NCBI GenBank assembly: GCA_013239625.1
Contig: MU054323.1
Coordinates: 12,593,694-12,657,693 of the forward strand
DNA length: 64,000 nt
Origin: Lama guanicoe
Lineage: Eukaryota
Reading direction: 5' to 3'
The notes beneath the pieces were generated by a model that saw only the letters and a program-made list of their open reading frames with translations, was not told the origin of the DNA and did not search any database. A program made the translations under genes and the position numbers. Positions 10,781 to 25,000 of this stretch are shown in pieces. The first letter of the stretch is position 1; each line of letters opens with the position of its first letter.

Positions 10781-13524
10781 CTTCCACCTCCTCCCCCCTC
10801 CCCAACACGGAACGAGAAACTCAGCACCTGCGGTGTGTGAGGTACAGATTCCTTTGGGTTCATTAGGAGGTGAAACTTCAGGTCCTCTCTGCCAGTTTTA
10901 CCACAGCGAGCCGAACGTTGGGATACGGAGGCGTGTGTGAGACTCACTAATGGAGAAGAGCAGTTCTGGCTGGTGTAAACGTTGGTCCAGGGGCGCGACT
11001 TTCAGTATGCATGAGGTCAACGCTCAGTGGGCTAGAGTGGAGGGTTTTGGAGCGCCCCGGCCAAGTTAGATTTGGCCGAGATGACATTTCATTTGCGGTT
11101 GAATGATGAGGCTTAATTTAGATGTTACAAATTGAGATGGAAAAGTTAGTATACGAGTAGGGTAGACTCATGCACAGAGATGTAATGTATACGACTGTCT
11201 GCATTTAGCCAAGTGGAAGTAGTTATGTGGCCTTACTAATTCACTTGTATTTTGACAGAGACACATAAGAAAAGAAGGTTAGTCTAGGTTACTGTATGAG
11301 GCACTTAGGAGTAAATGGCTATTTAGGGATACAAAGATAAAGGATTTAATTTTGGTTGATGTGAGAGTTGTGAAAGAAATGGATTGCGTATAGCTGTGAA
11401 GTATAAACCTGGAACATAACTAAAAGATATCTAAGAGGAAAGTTTGTATTGTAGCTTTGTGATTTTTCTTTTCTTGGCTTAGGTAAAGCACAGAAGTGGT
11501 ATCCCAGAAGTAGCAATGAGCATTTACTGCAACTTGGTCATAACGGCTTGTCACTCTGTATGAGAGGATGATTCTCATTAGTAATTGGTTATCTTTCTTC
11601 TTAAACTCACTTAAATGTATTTCATATAGGAAAAGGTGTAAACAATTATGTTGGACAACCATATATTCCTGACTCAGTTTAAAAAATACAACATTACACA
11701 TAGAGTTGAAGCCTTCTGTGTCCCTCCTGGACTGCATTCCTCCAACTGTCTCTCTTCCATGAGCATTATCCTTAATTTGGTTTTATCATTTTTATACATG
11801 GCTTTATGTTTTTAGTATGTACCTTTATCTTTAAACAATATCAAACACTGTCTTTGATGATTTTAAACTTTTAATAAGTGGTATCATAGTATATATATTT
11901 GGATTTCTATAAAAAGCCATATTAACAAAAGTTAAAAAATATTTCAATAGAAAGAGGAGTCTAACAGGGTCTTTTTATGTCTGGAGGACATATTTCAGAA
12001 AGATTATATGTGCCAGAGTTAGTTATAAATGACTGGGGAGATGGGACATACATGAATGGGCCTGTTCGTGAAAGGGAAGAAAATAGTCACTCTAATGGTA
12101 GATTGCTAAAAGGGAGAGCTTTAGGTGTACACTGTAAGTGAAAAGATAAATGAATAAACTGTAGCACTGATTTGGGATACTTTAGTTGAGAATGTTGGGG
12201 CATTTAATTAGAAAGTATGGGATTGGATATGATGGTGGATGGCCATGCATTGGGGATTGAGTAGTATATGATTAAAAATATGTAGACAAGCTCATGACAA
12301 ACAAAAGGATTACAAAAAAAGTTTGAAAGTGACAATGGACAAATTCTGAAGTGTTTTCATATATGAGAAGTACAGTTTATTCACAATAATTAACAGAAGT
12401 TGCATAGGATCCTGTGTGTGTTGTTTATTCAAATGATTTGGGACAGAATGCTGCATTTTATGTTTTGCCTGGAATATGTAGGTATTTAATAGGTTTGCTT
12501 TTAATGATGAATAGAAGGTGACAGTCCTATAAATAGAATAGGGAGAACGTGCCAGTAGTGACCGTGGTCCTAACATGACCTCTCTTTACAGTTCATGGGC
12601 AGTGAGCCACCTTTTCTACCTTAGAGGAAAGACGTCTTTGTTTAAGGGATAAAGAGTGGTGTAATCATGGAGTTTTATTGTGTGTAAAAGTAGTCTAATG
12701 GTTGGGTTCAGTTTATAGGGTTATGGGTAGCCTATTAGTGTAGATTGGAAATTGGAAAAATGGGAGCAGGACTTGTATGTATATGTATTCAATTGGGTGG
12801 CAAAGACGGTGAATTTTTAACTGTCAATTAGAACATATTGTCAGATTGTATCTGACATAAAATGTTTATAAATACTCTTTCATTAGTTTAAGAGTCATCA
12901 GTATATACTTAGGTTAGGCAAGTATTTGCTCTCTGTTAGTGTTTAAGAGTTAAGATTTCTAAGTCTCTGTGCTAATTTCTTTGGCTTGACCTTCAGTGAC
13001 CTCCATGATCTGGCCTCTACGAGTCTTTCTAGTTTTGTCTCACTGTTTTGTTTTGTGAAACTGGTTCATTTAATTTCCTTTCCTAACTCCAGTAGTTTTA
13101 CTCTTTCTTAGAATTCACCAGTTCCCTCCAGATTAGACAAATCTTATCCATTTTTTCAAGACTTAGAGCATATCTTAACTTCCTTATTCTTTTAGTCTGA
13201 AGTGATACACTGAACCGCTAAGTACATATTGTCCTATTAATGTGTATTTTAGTTATTTGGCAAGTTAGCTGTTGGTGGTATGTTTTCTGTGTTGAACTAT
13301 TTCTATATTATTTTATTTAGTTTTTTGTGAATATGTGGTATCTGTTTAACTATTTCAAACTCCTTGTGGGAAGGAGCCTTGTCTACTTGTTTATATCCCC
13401 TCCGCAGGATGCCTAGTATGAAATATTAATAAATATTTTTGATTTGGTGTATGTATACTAATGAGTGTGTTATATGGATGCTTCCTTACATATTAACTGC
13501 TCATTTTTTGGCTTTTTTTTCCTT

Positions 13525-14620
13525 AAATAGACTATTTTTTAGGGCAGTTTTAGGTTCATAGTAAAATTAGGCAGATGTTAACCACTATATATAAAAATAA
13601 ATAAAAAACAAATTTCCTCTGTGTAGCATAGGGAACTATATTCAGTATCTTGTAATAACCTTTGAAAAAGTATATGAAAATGAATATATGTATATATATG
13701 CATGACTGGGACATTATGCTGTACACCAGAAATTGACACATTGTAACTGACTATACTTCAATAAAAAAGATAAATAAAATTGAGCAGAAAGTATAGAGTT
13801 CTCATATTACCATTTTTCTGATCCCCCCATCAACACCTGACACTACAGTGATATGTTTGTTACAGTCAATAAACACATCATTATCACCCTAAGTCTGTAG
13901 TTTATGTTATGATTCACCCTTATTCTATGGGTTCTGACTGTATATGATGTATTGTGTAATATAATTTCATTGAAATCCTCTTGTTCTGTATATTTTCTCC
14001 TTCCCCTCTATTTCCTGGCAACCATTGATCTTTATACTATCTCTGTAGTTTTGCCTTTCCTAGAATGTCATATAGTCGGAATCATATAGTGTGTAAGCTT
14101 TTCAGTTTGACTTCTTTCACTTAATAGTATGCATTTAAGTTTCCTTCATATCTTTGCATGGCTTGATAGCTTATTTCTTCTAGCACTGAATAATATTCCA
14201 TTGTCTGGATGTACCACAGTTTATTTATCCGTTCACTTACTAGAGGATATTTTGGTTACTTCCGGGTTGTGACAGGTTATGAATAAAGCTGCTATAAATA
14301 GCTGTGTCTAGGTGTTTGTGTGGACGTAAGTTTTTAGTTTATATGGGTAAATACTAAGGAATGTCACTGCTGGTTCATATGGCAGGAGTCTGTTTAGTTT
14401 TGTAAGAAACTGCCAAACTCCCTTTAAAGTGGCTATGCCATTTTGCATTCCCAGCAGCAATGAATGAGAGTTTCTGTTGCTTCACAGCCTCATCAGCATT
14501 CGATGTTGTTAGTGTTTTGAATTGTTGCCATTCTCATAGGTGTGTAGTGGTATCTTATTGTTTTAATTTGCAATTCCCTAATGACATGATATTGAACAAT
14601 TTCCACATGCTTATTTGTGG
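13525..14620 (-). mobile_element. Old L1 3' region interrupted by a + strand younger L1 tail at about 13576-13773
   Basis: Antisense L1 text such as TTTGTAAGAAACTGCCAAACT and TTTTGCATTCCCAGCAGCAATGAATGAGAG. The inner insert is flanked by TAAAATTAGGCAGA and TAAAATTGAGCAGA. Confidence 0.8.
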
Positions 14621-15574
14621 ACTTGGATTTGAAAAATCAAAATAGCTCTACATACACCACTTGACTGTATTATTTATATTATTAGATGTATTCCTCTCTT
14701 TAACTTATTTGTTAATTTCATTTAGTGTAACAATTAGGAAGGAGAAAGGTTTTAAGTTGTGATCCTGGTTTCTGTCCGCCCCCCCCCCCGAACTGTGTAA
14801 CTTTGACTAAATTATTTAGCATTTCTGTTCCAGTTTCCTCATTTGCAAAATGGGGGTGATGATTGTATTAATTGTGAGGATTAAGTATCAATATGTGTAA
14901 AGTGCTTAGAATGGTGTTTACTGTTAAAAATGTTTCTTTAATTTACTTGTAAATCTCCTTTTTTTCCCCTTAAATCTTTGTGATTTTCTCTGTTAAATCT
15001 TTTGAATTTAACCCCAAATTTGGACTTCTTAGGAATTTCTATTTACCACTTTTCACCATCCTGCAGAATCTATCTAGTTTTTGCTTTGATGTAAGAGTAA
15101 GGTATTGTTAATTTGTTCAGTATTTTCATATTTATTTAATTACTGGTGGTGGTGTTTTCTCTTGCTTTCTGAAATGGAGCCCCTTCTCCCCTAAATGTAT
15201 AGTGCATTTTACATATATATATATATATACACATATATATATACTTTTTTTTTTTTAGTAAGCTTTTTTAGGGACATGTGGAGAGTGAATGGGCTTTATG
15301 TTTTAGATAGTTCTGAATTTTGAATTTAGCTCACTTACTACCTAAACTTACTCAATTCCAGCTTCCTCATTTGTAAGTTATGATTAATATTTAATGGGAT
15401 GGTTGTGAAGATTTAAGAGGTAAACATTTTTAAAGTGCCTAACACTGCTAGGCTTATGTGTAAGTAGATAAAGAGCGAATGCTGATTCTCTTAAGCCTCA
15501 TGGGTGCTTAGTGTTGCCATGTGCCTCACTATTACTCTACAAAGTGTTTACTGACTTAGTGTTTTTTTTTCTTT

Positions 15575-15900
15575 TTAACTTTTTTTAAATTGAGTTAATA
15601 GTTAGTTTACAATGTTGTGTCAATTTCCAGTGTAGAGCACAATTTTTCTGTTATACATGAACGTATATTCATTGTCACATTCTTTTTTGCTGTGAGCTAC
15701 CACAAGATCTTGTATATATTTCCCTGTGCTATATAGTATAATCTTGTTTATCTATTCTACATATGCCTGTCAGTATCTACAAATTTTGAACTCCCAGTCT
15801 ATCCCTTCCCACCCCCTTCCCCCTTGGCAACCACAGGTTTGTATTCTATGTCTATGAGTCTGTTTCTGTTTTGTATTTATGTTCTTTTTTTTTTTTGAGT
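15575..15900 (-). mobile_element. Lineage-specific L1 3' end
   Basis: Near-identical to 22735-22980 (TGTGAGCTACCACAAG...CTCCCAGTCTATCCCTTCCCACCCC). Confidence 0.85.
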
Positions 15901-18900
15901 TCTTTATAAAAACTTAATTCAGCAAATATCTTTGACCATGGGCTGTGACTATGTACTTTGGCTCTTGTTTCAGTTGACTGACTTTAGTAATGCTACATGA
16001 TGATGTATCTTATGTCAGAGATTTGCTGTTTTATTGGCAAAACATTTTTCTGTAATTAATTAGAGTGAATTAAGATTCTTAAAAATATTTTGCTATATTT
16101 TCAAGATCTTCTATATTTATCCAAATTTTTGCATTTACCTCCCACGTTTTCCCAACTATTCAATACTCAAAGATGGTTTTGCTCTAGCAGAGAGTTTATT
16201 CTAGTCTTTGTTACTAATGAGAGGCAGTATAAGATACCAGCCTCTAGAACACAACAGCATAAGTCTTGGTTCTGCTTGATCTTGAAGTTCATCTATAAAA
16301 TGAGGATAATAATATTATCTACCTCTTAAAGTGATTGTGAGAATTAAAATGAATTAATATATGTTAAGCATATAGAGTAGTGCCTGGTATATAGTATATG
16401 CTCTATAAGTGTTCTTGTGGTAGCAAAATTTGTAGAGTGCAGTAGATATTTTTACTACAGATACTCTGTTGAAATTGCAGTATTTTTTTCTTTCAGTTCT
16501 CCACATGTATGGGTGGGAATGTGGTGAAATCTAATAGACGTAAGAGCAATACTTTTGTATTACAGGAGAGATAAAAACTATGTAAGTTATTTGATTTTGG
16601 ACTTGAAATTTTTAAAAGAGCAAGATGATGTGAAGAGCTGGTTGACTGACATTCATTCATGCATTTATTGAGCATGTGCTAGGCATGGGGGCACAAAATA
16701 AGGCAACATTTTGATATTTGAGTGAATGCTTGGAGATGTTTTTAGGTAAACCATTTTAGTGTAAGTACTATAATACAGATATGCAGAATGCTGTGTGAGT
16801 ATAGAGGAGAGAGTTTCTTCAACCTGAGGAAAATAGAGAAGGCTTCTCAGAGGATGTTGCCTTTATGATTGGTTTGGGAAGATGAGATAGTGGGAGGGAA
16901 TGTTATGGGATGATCATCTTAAGCCAAGGTACTAGCTTGTGCAGAAACATTGGTCTTTAAAAACATGGTGAATTCAGGAAGTTTTGCGGGGAAGAGGAGT
17001 TGGTTGAAGCTGAGAGATAGACAAGGACAAAGTCGTAATATGTTTTGCTAAAGAAGTTTGGACTTGATGTCAGTGGTAGGGTGCCATTGTAGGTTGTGAC
17101 AAAATTGGTTCAAGCTGATACCCAAGTGTGAGAAGTTGTGAGATCTGCATGTAACTTAGCTTGAGAGGTAGGAATAAAATAATTCGGTGAATGTGGGGAT
17201 GAGAGGGATTGACAGGGTGAAAATTACTCATACTTAGGTTTCTACCTTGGGTAACTGGGTGACTGGTGTTTAGTAACTGGAATAAACGGCACAAGAAGGC
17301 GTGGTGAGTAGCTTTTGTTGGAGAATGCTGAGGAGCAAGAGGGACATAGTGATTTCAGTTGTGTAAATTTTGACGTTCTTGAAGGACATCCAAGTAGAGA
17401 TTTTTAGAAGACATTTGAAATTCAAGATTGAAGCTTGAAGATTGGGGAGTACAGATTGGAAAGCATTGGTATCTATAGAGAAAGTCTGGTCTAGTGGTTA
17501 AAGATATTGACTCTGGAGCCAGACTGAGTTCCAGTCTATGATTCACCGCTTATTAGTTGTGTCCTTAGGCAAGATGCTTAACCTACCTCTGCATTTCGTA
17601 ATTAGCACCTAACTCCTTTGGTTATTGGAAGGATTAAATAAACTGATACATACAGACATGACTTGACCCACCATAAGCACTACATAAATGTTACTTTTTG
17701 TACTGGTGTTTTAAATTACACAGTTCAGTTCAACAAGTGTTTGTCTGCCATATGGGGATAATAAGATGAATTTTAAATACACTCCCCCTAAATTTGTAAA
17801 GCTTTCTAGAAGAGGTGACGCTTCAGGTGAGACTTGAAAAAAAAGGAATTAGCCAGGTTGAGGGAACAGCATGAGCAAGAGTAGAGCGTGAAGCAGGTAA
17901 TATTTGTTATAAGTGATTTGTATTAAGTGCAAAGATGATGAAGAGAGTCATGAGACAGCCTGAGGATCTTGGACTTGGTCCTCTTGGGCCATGGCTCCCA
18001 TGTTTTCAAGTATGAGAACTCCCAGTATAAGGCAAAAAAGTTGGGTCCTGTTATGATAGATCTGTTTTTAGTGTCAGTTAATTGAGAGAATATTGCAAAA
18101 AACCACTTTTAAGTAATTTTCATTTTAGACTTATTATCTGTGTAATTTGAAAAATACTACTACACACTTATTTTGGGCTTTCCTCTCTGCTGGCATAGCC
18201 TTGAGATTTTGATGGGGGGAAATAAGTTAGTTAACACTCTTCCATTTGCCCCCCAACTTTGGAAATTTTGTTGTTGTCATTTCCTCACTTGCTCTTTTTG
18301 TCTTTGTGGGTTTGTTTAATGCCCTCTTTAGTATTTCTTTCCTGTTTTTCCAGTGAGAGTGTGGGAGGGAGCAGAGGTAAATGTGTGTGTATTGTATCCT
18401 TGTTGTTTAAGTGGAAATTTAAAACGTAGTTAGGTTGTTGAACATTTGGAAATCTGTCCTTAAGAATGTTAACCTTAACTATAGATAGAATGTAAACAAT
18501 AATAGATTTCTGTAATGTAGTATGTAAAAATAATGGGGAGGAGGGTGGGAGGTTCCTGTCTGATATGTGCATTGTTCTGCTTATAGTCTCATGCAAAATG
18601 TCCTTAGCAAGGCACTTCTCTGAGTTATCATCTCTAAAGTGGGCTAGTAATTCTTGCCTAGACTACTTCATCATGTGATATGATAATGAATGGAGAAATT
18701 CTTTGTAAATTATACTTCAAATGTGAGGGATACAGAAAAGTTAAGCCAAACTCCTTGGGTATAGAGAGGAGACAGTGGAGGTACAAATGACAAAAAGAAT
18801 AAGTTAATTGCTATATAAGTATGAAATAGTTTGTGACAAGGGCAGTGCTCCAAAGAAACACTTGTCTAGTTTGTATGTTAAATCAGAGATGTATTTTATA

Positions 18901-19080
18901 GGAGATGAATATTATGCTTACTTTTTAGAGAAAATGATAGAGATGTTAGAGTGGGGCAGATAGGAGTGTGTTCTTTGAGATTTATTGTGAGCACCAGGAA
19001 TTTAAATCTTTTATGATTTATTTCTGTACTCTACTTTATGAAATAGGAGAGACAAGTAAGACTGGGCAGATGGCACAAAG

Positions 19081-19262
19081 CAGTGCTTCTCAGTCTTGGT
19101 TGCTCATTAGAATCATCAGGAGAGCTTTTAAAAAATACTCTGCTTGTGTCCCAGTATTCTGATTTAAGTGGCCAGGAGTGGAGCCCAGGCATACTTAAAT
19201 TATTTTTTATTTTTTGTTTTTAAGGCATGGCAGGTGATTCTAATGTGCAGCCAGGATGAGCG
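19081..19262. mobile_element. MER5-type hAT-Charlie relic
   Basis: CAGTGCTTCTCA...ATTAGAATCATCAGGAGAGCTTTTAAAAAAT...AGGTGATTCTAATGTGCAGCCAGG. Confidence 0.7.
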
Positions 19263-20536
19263 GTTCAAACTTCACCTAGGATCTTAAATGAGCAAGTTTA
19301 TTTGATATGCCTGGAATAAATGAGAGACAGATTTTATTTGAATTGAATAGTATTCTATTTAACCTTACTTTTTTTTTGGTAAGAAAACCTCCCAAGTTAG
19401 TTTGTCAGTAAAACCTACCTCATTGTATTTTAAGTTGTATTTAGTGTATATATAATGAAATATACTGGTAAGCAGCAGGACTGTATCACAGGCCATATTT
19501 CTGTTGCTTTATGTTTTGTTCTTTTCTGATATAACTCAGTTTTGCTTGATTTTGTTTTTGAGTTTTTTTTTTTTTGAGGTTTGATTTTTTTGAACCAATT
19601 CAGTACTCTGATACTTTTTTGTCGAAATGCCACTGCAGCAAAGACAGTGACCTCAATTTGGGGACAGGAGGACAGAAGGGGAAAAAGGTAGCTATAGAGG
19701 TCAGAGATGGCTGAGGTTATCTGTACCAAATCAACTGTTTCATGCCTAAAATTGTTTTCCTGTTGTATTATGAAAAAAGCTAAGTGTGAGAATGTTGCAC
19801 TTTACCACATTATAAGCTTAGTTTTAACACATTAAAAAGTTCTTCAAAGCTATAGAAAATGACTCATTTATTCAAAACATTTACTGTGTGTCAAGCACTG
19901 GTGATATAGTAGTTAACATAAGTCCTTACTTTCCTAGAGTTCGTGGTTTAGTGGAAAGAGGTATATTACACACATGCACACCTGCACGTACTTTACCAGG
20001 TGGTGATAAATGCCATCAGAAATCAAACCGGTATGAGACAGACAGTGGTGGACAGGTTTGTGCTGTGTGGTGTGCTGAGGGAGTCTTGCTCAGATGGCAC
20101 TTGAGTAAAGATCCTAGTGATATGAGACAGCAGCAAGGCAGATGTCAAGGGCAAGTTTCTGTTGGCCTGTCTTACTGTAGTATGCAAAAACAGCTGGATG
20201 GATTTTCATCATATTTGGATGGAATTTGACTTGCACTGACTTAAAATGTAGGCTATGTGAGGAATCTTGAGAAATCTGTGACTGCTAGTCTGGAGGTATG
20301 TGCCATCTTCTATATTAAACAGGGAATAGCAGTTTCAAATATGACCTCCAAATAGAAAGTCACAAGGGCACATGTTTCAGATAGTAGAATTGTATTGATT
20401 TGTAGCTGAGTTGCTTCTCAGATGGGCAACTTTGTGTAGCAACAAGAATTTATTTATAGATGTTTTAAGGGTTCTCTTGTGCAATATCAGATAGGGATTT
20501 TAGTCCCCACATTTTAATTATAGCCAGGTCGAGTTC

Positions 20537-20680
20537 TTTTTTATTTTTCTTTTAAGTTTAAAAAAAATTTTGAGGGGTAAGGTTTATTTATTCATTTATT
20601 TAATGGAGACTCTGGGGATTGAACCTGGGACCTTGTGCATGCTTAAGCACGTGCTCTATCACTGAGGTATACGCTCCCAC
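20537..20680 (-). mobile_element. tRNA-Ala-derived SINE (Vic-1-like)
   Basis: GGGGATTGAACCTGGGACCTTGTGCATGCTTAAGCACGTGCTCTATCACTGAG is the reverse complement of a tRNA-like head. TSD TAGCCAGGTC at 20521 and 20686. Confidence 0.85.
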
Positions 20681-21704
20681 TGGGTTAGCCAGGTCAGATT
20701 CTGAAGGAAGAATATAATCTATGTATCCCAGAGTGACTGAGAGATACAACTGTGAAAAATTGAATATTATATATATGAAAAATATCCCACAATTTCTTGC
20801 AGGATGTAAGTCCTTAAAGATTGAGTCCCATCCATAGAAAATTTTCAGTGGTTATTATGTCCTGAAAACTTCTCCAGTTGATGTCAGATACTTAAGATTA
20901 TGGTAAAATAAGTGGTCTGGTGGCAGTTTTAGATAAAGTGAATAGAGAGAATTGGAACTTGAAAATCTTAATTCCAATAATTCTGTATCTTTCAGAGAGT
21001 CTCTTCCATGCTTAGGTAGGGGGTGGTTCTCCTGCCTGGAATAATACTATCCCTGCATTACATTTTATCCGTTTGTTACTTTTTTCTTCATGGACTAGCC
21101 ACAGAACTTTCCCAAACTTCATTTGCTTTGCACCAAATTCTGTTTTTATGTAAATACTCAGTTAGTCCTTGAATTATATAGTATACTAACAACTTTTGTA
21201 AAATTATTTTTTGCTAACTTTAATTATATTTTAAAGGCTTTGTAAGAACCTAACATTAATTTTGCACCCTCTTTACTGACTTTGAATGGTGGTTGTATAT
21301 TTGGATGTTATGGTAGACTGTTTCAATCATTGAAGTCTGATGCCATCTCAGTGAATATGGACTTTTACAGCTTGTTGTGTCAGTTTGCCAAAATAATGTA
21401 TTTCTAATGATGTTTTTTCAAGTTTTGTAGGAATACATGTTGTAGATAGTGCACTATTAAAAGGTGGCTGTTTCTTGATGTGGGTATTAGAATTGATAAT
21501 TAATTAAAAAAACACAATTTCCTTCCTTTGAAAATTTCCATTTTAAAAGTGACTTAGCTTATTATAGGACACCAGATAGACTAAAGGAAAGAGTAGTCAC
21601 TTAATGATTTCATTACCTAGAAATGGGCAGTTTTAACATTTTGGTATATAACAAGTTCTTTTTGCCTGTTTCTGTTGTTTCTGTTCATGTATATATATAC
21701 AATG

Positions 21705-22075
21705 AAATATTAATGTTAAAAAGGGAGGAAATTCTAACACATGCTACAATGTGAATGAACCTTGAAGACATTATGCTCAGTGAAATAAAACAGAAAAGGA
21801 CAAATACTGTATGATGCCACTTACATGAGGTACTTAGTCAATTTCATACAGACAGAAGAAAATAGAATAGTGGTTGCCAGGTTCTATGGGGGTGGAGGTG
21901 GGGACTTGGTATCAATGATTATGGACTTCCAGTTTTGCAAGACGAGAGTTCTGTGGATGGATGGTGAGGATTGTTTTCCAACAGTGTGAATGTACTTAAT
22001 GCCACTGAACTGTACACTTAAAAATGGTTAAAATAGTAAGTTTTAGGTAATGGGTAATTTATTACAGCTTAAAAA
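21705..22075 (+). mobile_element. L1MB-like 3' UTR
   Basis: ACATGCTACAATGTGAATGAACCTTGAAGACATTATGCTCAGTGAAATAA...GCCACTGAACTGTACACTTAAAAATGGTTAAAAT. Confidence 0.8.
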
Positions 22076-22079
22076 AATC

Positions 22080-25000
22080 AAGTTGTCATGTTTATGCAGA
22101 TCTAACTCTGGATTTTGTTCTGTTCCGTAGATCTAATGTCTGTCCATTTTCTAGTAGCATACTTTCTTGTGGTACTGTAAGCTTTATAGCAGGTCTTAAA
22201 AGTCATGTAATGTGATTTGCCCAACTGTATCAAAATTGTTTTGGCTATTCCATTTCCTTTGCCTTTTCAAATTACTTTGGACTCATTTTATCTATATCTC
22301 AAAAATCTTGGAGGAATTTTGATTGAAATTAAATTAAATCTAAATAGCAATTTGGGGACTTTTGACATCTTTGCTATGTTGATTCTTCCAGTCCATGACC
22401 ATGATTTTATTTAGGTAGTCTTTGATTTCTTTCACTGGTCATTTGTACTTTTCAACATACATATTGTGTATACCTTTTGTTAGATATCTGTATCTTAATA
22501 TTTTATGTTTTTAGAGCTCTTGTAAACTTAAGTTTTGGGTTAAATTTTTGTTTCATATTGATCATTGCTAGCATATAGAAATACAGTTGATTGATATTTG
22601 TGTATTTGTTCAGTGCTAACTTGTTAAACTCTTTTGTTAGCTCTAGGAGTTTTTTGTTTTTTAGATTCTTTGGGATTTTCTGTATAGGTAATCATGTTGC
22701 CTGTGAATAGGGACAGTTTCATTTCTTGCTTTTTTTTTTAAAACATTTTTTATTGTTATAGTCATTTACAATGTGTCAAATTCCAGCGTAGAGCACAATT
22801 TTTCAGTTATACACAAACATACATATATTCATTGTCACATTTTTTTTCACTGTGAGCTACCACAAGGTCTTGTATATATTTCCCTGTGCTATACAGTATA
22901 ATCTTGTTTATCTATTCTACATATGCCTGTCAGTATCTACAAATTTCGAACTCCCAGTCTATCCCTTCCCACCCCCCCATTTCATGCTTTCTAATCTGTC
23001 TGATTCCTCATTTCTTAACTGCAGTGGCTCAATCTTCCAGTATGGTATTGGATAGGAGTGGTGAGGGTGTAATATTTTTGTCCTATTCCTGATCTTAGTG
23101 AGGAAGTGTTCAGTCTTTTACTGTTAAGTATGTTGATAGTGGTAGACTTTTTGTAGCCGTCGTTTATCAGGTTGAGGAAATTCCCTTTTAATTTGCCGAG
23201 GACTTTTTTTTAAATCATGAAAAGATGTATTTTGCCAAATGTATCTACTGACTTGATTGTGTGTTTTTTTGTTTGTTTGTTTGTTTAAGCAATTATTCTG
23301 CTGGCTTCTACTGATGAATACTGAACCTGTTTTGCATTCCTGGGATAATCATATTTGGTCCTAGTGTATTATTATTTTCATATGTGTCAAATGAATTCCA
23401 TTTGCTTTTATTTTGTTGAGAATTTTTGCCTCAATCTGTGTGAGGGATAATGGTATGTAGTTTCTTTTTTTTTCCTGTATTTTTTTCTAGGTTTGGTATC
23501 AGGTTAATTCTGGCGTCATAAAATGTGTTTGGAAGTGTTCCCTCTTTTTCTGTTTCCTGAACGAGATTGTGTAGAGTTGGTATTACTTCTTACTTAAATG
23601 TTTGATAGAATGCTCCATTGAAATCAGTTAAGTCTGGAGATATCTTTGAAGAGTTTTAAACTATGAATTCACTTTCCTTAATTCAGATTATCTATTTCAT
23701 TTTTAATAATTTGGTAGTTTGTGGTTTGTAAGGAATTTCATCTGTATTTTCAAATTTATGTGTGTAGATTTATCTGTATTTATCTGTAACTACCCAGTTA
23801 CTTTTCTGACATCTGTAGTGTCAAATTTATTTATTTTGACAACCTGAGTTGTCAAATTTATATGCACAGAGTTGTTCATAGTATTCTTCTATTTATCTTT
23901 TGATGTCTGCAGGATCGCTCTGGCTCCTCTTTCATTCCTGGTATTGTGGTAATTTGTGTCTTTTTTCTTCTGTGCCAGTCTTTGCTAGAGCTTTATCAAT
24001 TCCATTGATCTTTTCCAAGAACTCTTTTTTACTTGTATTGATTTTCTCTGTTGTTTTTCTATTTTCTCTTGCATTAACTTCTGTTATTATCTTTATTATT
24101 TCTTTCCTTTTGCTTGTTTTGCTCTTTTTCTAGTTTTCTTAATAGGAAGCTTAGGTTATTGATTTGAAATCTTCTTCCCCACCCTAATATAAGCATTCAG
24201 TTTCTATAAGTTTTACTCTAATCACTGTTTTAACTTCATGTGACATACTTTGATATCATACTTTCATTTTCATTCTTTTAGAAATATTTTCTGAGTTACT
24301 TGAGACTTATGCATTGGCCTAAGGGTTATTGAGAAGTATGTTTTTTAATTTCTAAGTATTTAAATGTTTCCCGTTATATTCCTGTTATTGATTTCTCCTT
24401 AAATACATTATGGTCAGAGAACATACTTTTAATTTCATTTCTCTTTTTGACCCAAGATATGATCTGTATTAATGAATGCTTGATGTGCACCTGAAATGAA
24501 CGTGCATTCTACTGTTGATAGATGGAATATTTTAAAAATGTCATTGGTTGATGGTGTTGTTCAGTTTCTCTATATTTTTGCTAGTTTTCTATCTACTAGT
24601 TCTATCAATTACTGAAAGTTGAAGTTTCTAACTGTAATTTTGGGTGCCTGTTTCTCCTTTCAGTTCTTTTAATTTTTGCTGAATGTATTTTGAAGTTCTG
24701 TTAGGTATATAAACATACATATATATCTTAAACAGTCCTTCAAAAGTCTCCCTTTAATTGGTTAGGTGTATATGTATTTAGAATTGCCTTTTCTTCTTCG
24801 TGAATTGATCCTTTTATCATGTAAAGCCCCATGCATGCCTGCTTGATCTAAATATAGCCATTCCATCTTTCTTTGATTAACATTGGCATGATACATCCTT
24901 TTTCTATCCTTTTACTTTTATTTTTACCCTTTTATTTTTCTTCAGGTGGGGAAGGTAACTAGGTTTGATTGTTTGTTTATTTAATGGAGGTACTGGGGAT

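Noticed and set aside
9373..10947. Many overlapping ORFs on both strands, including 9592..9777 overlapping the BIRC6 ATG
   Set aside because: Expected in GC-rich, stop-poor CpG-island DNA, and the peptides are low-complexity. The 9592 ATG may lie upstream of the TSS, which cannot be placed from sequence alone.
23833..23856. Hairpin TTTGACAAC-CTGA-GTTGTCAAA
   Set aside because: A 9-bp stem inside a decayed L1, too short for a pre-miRNA and plausible by chance or local rearrangement.
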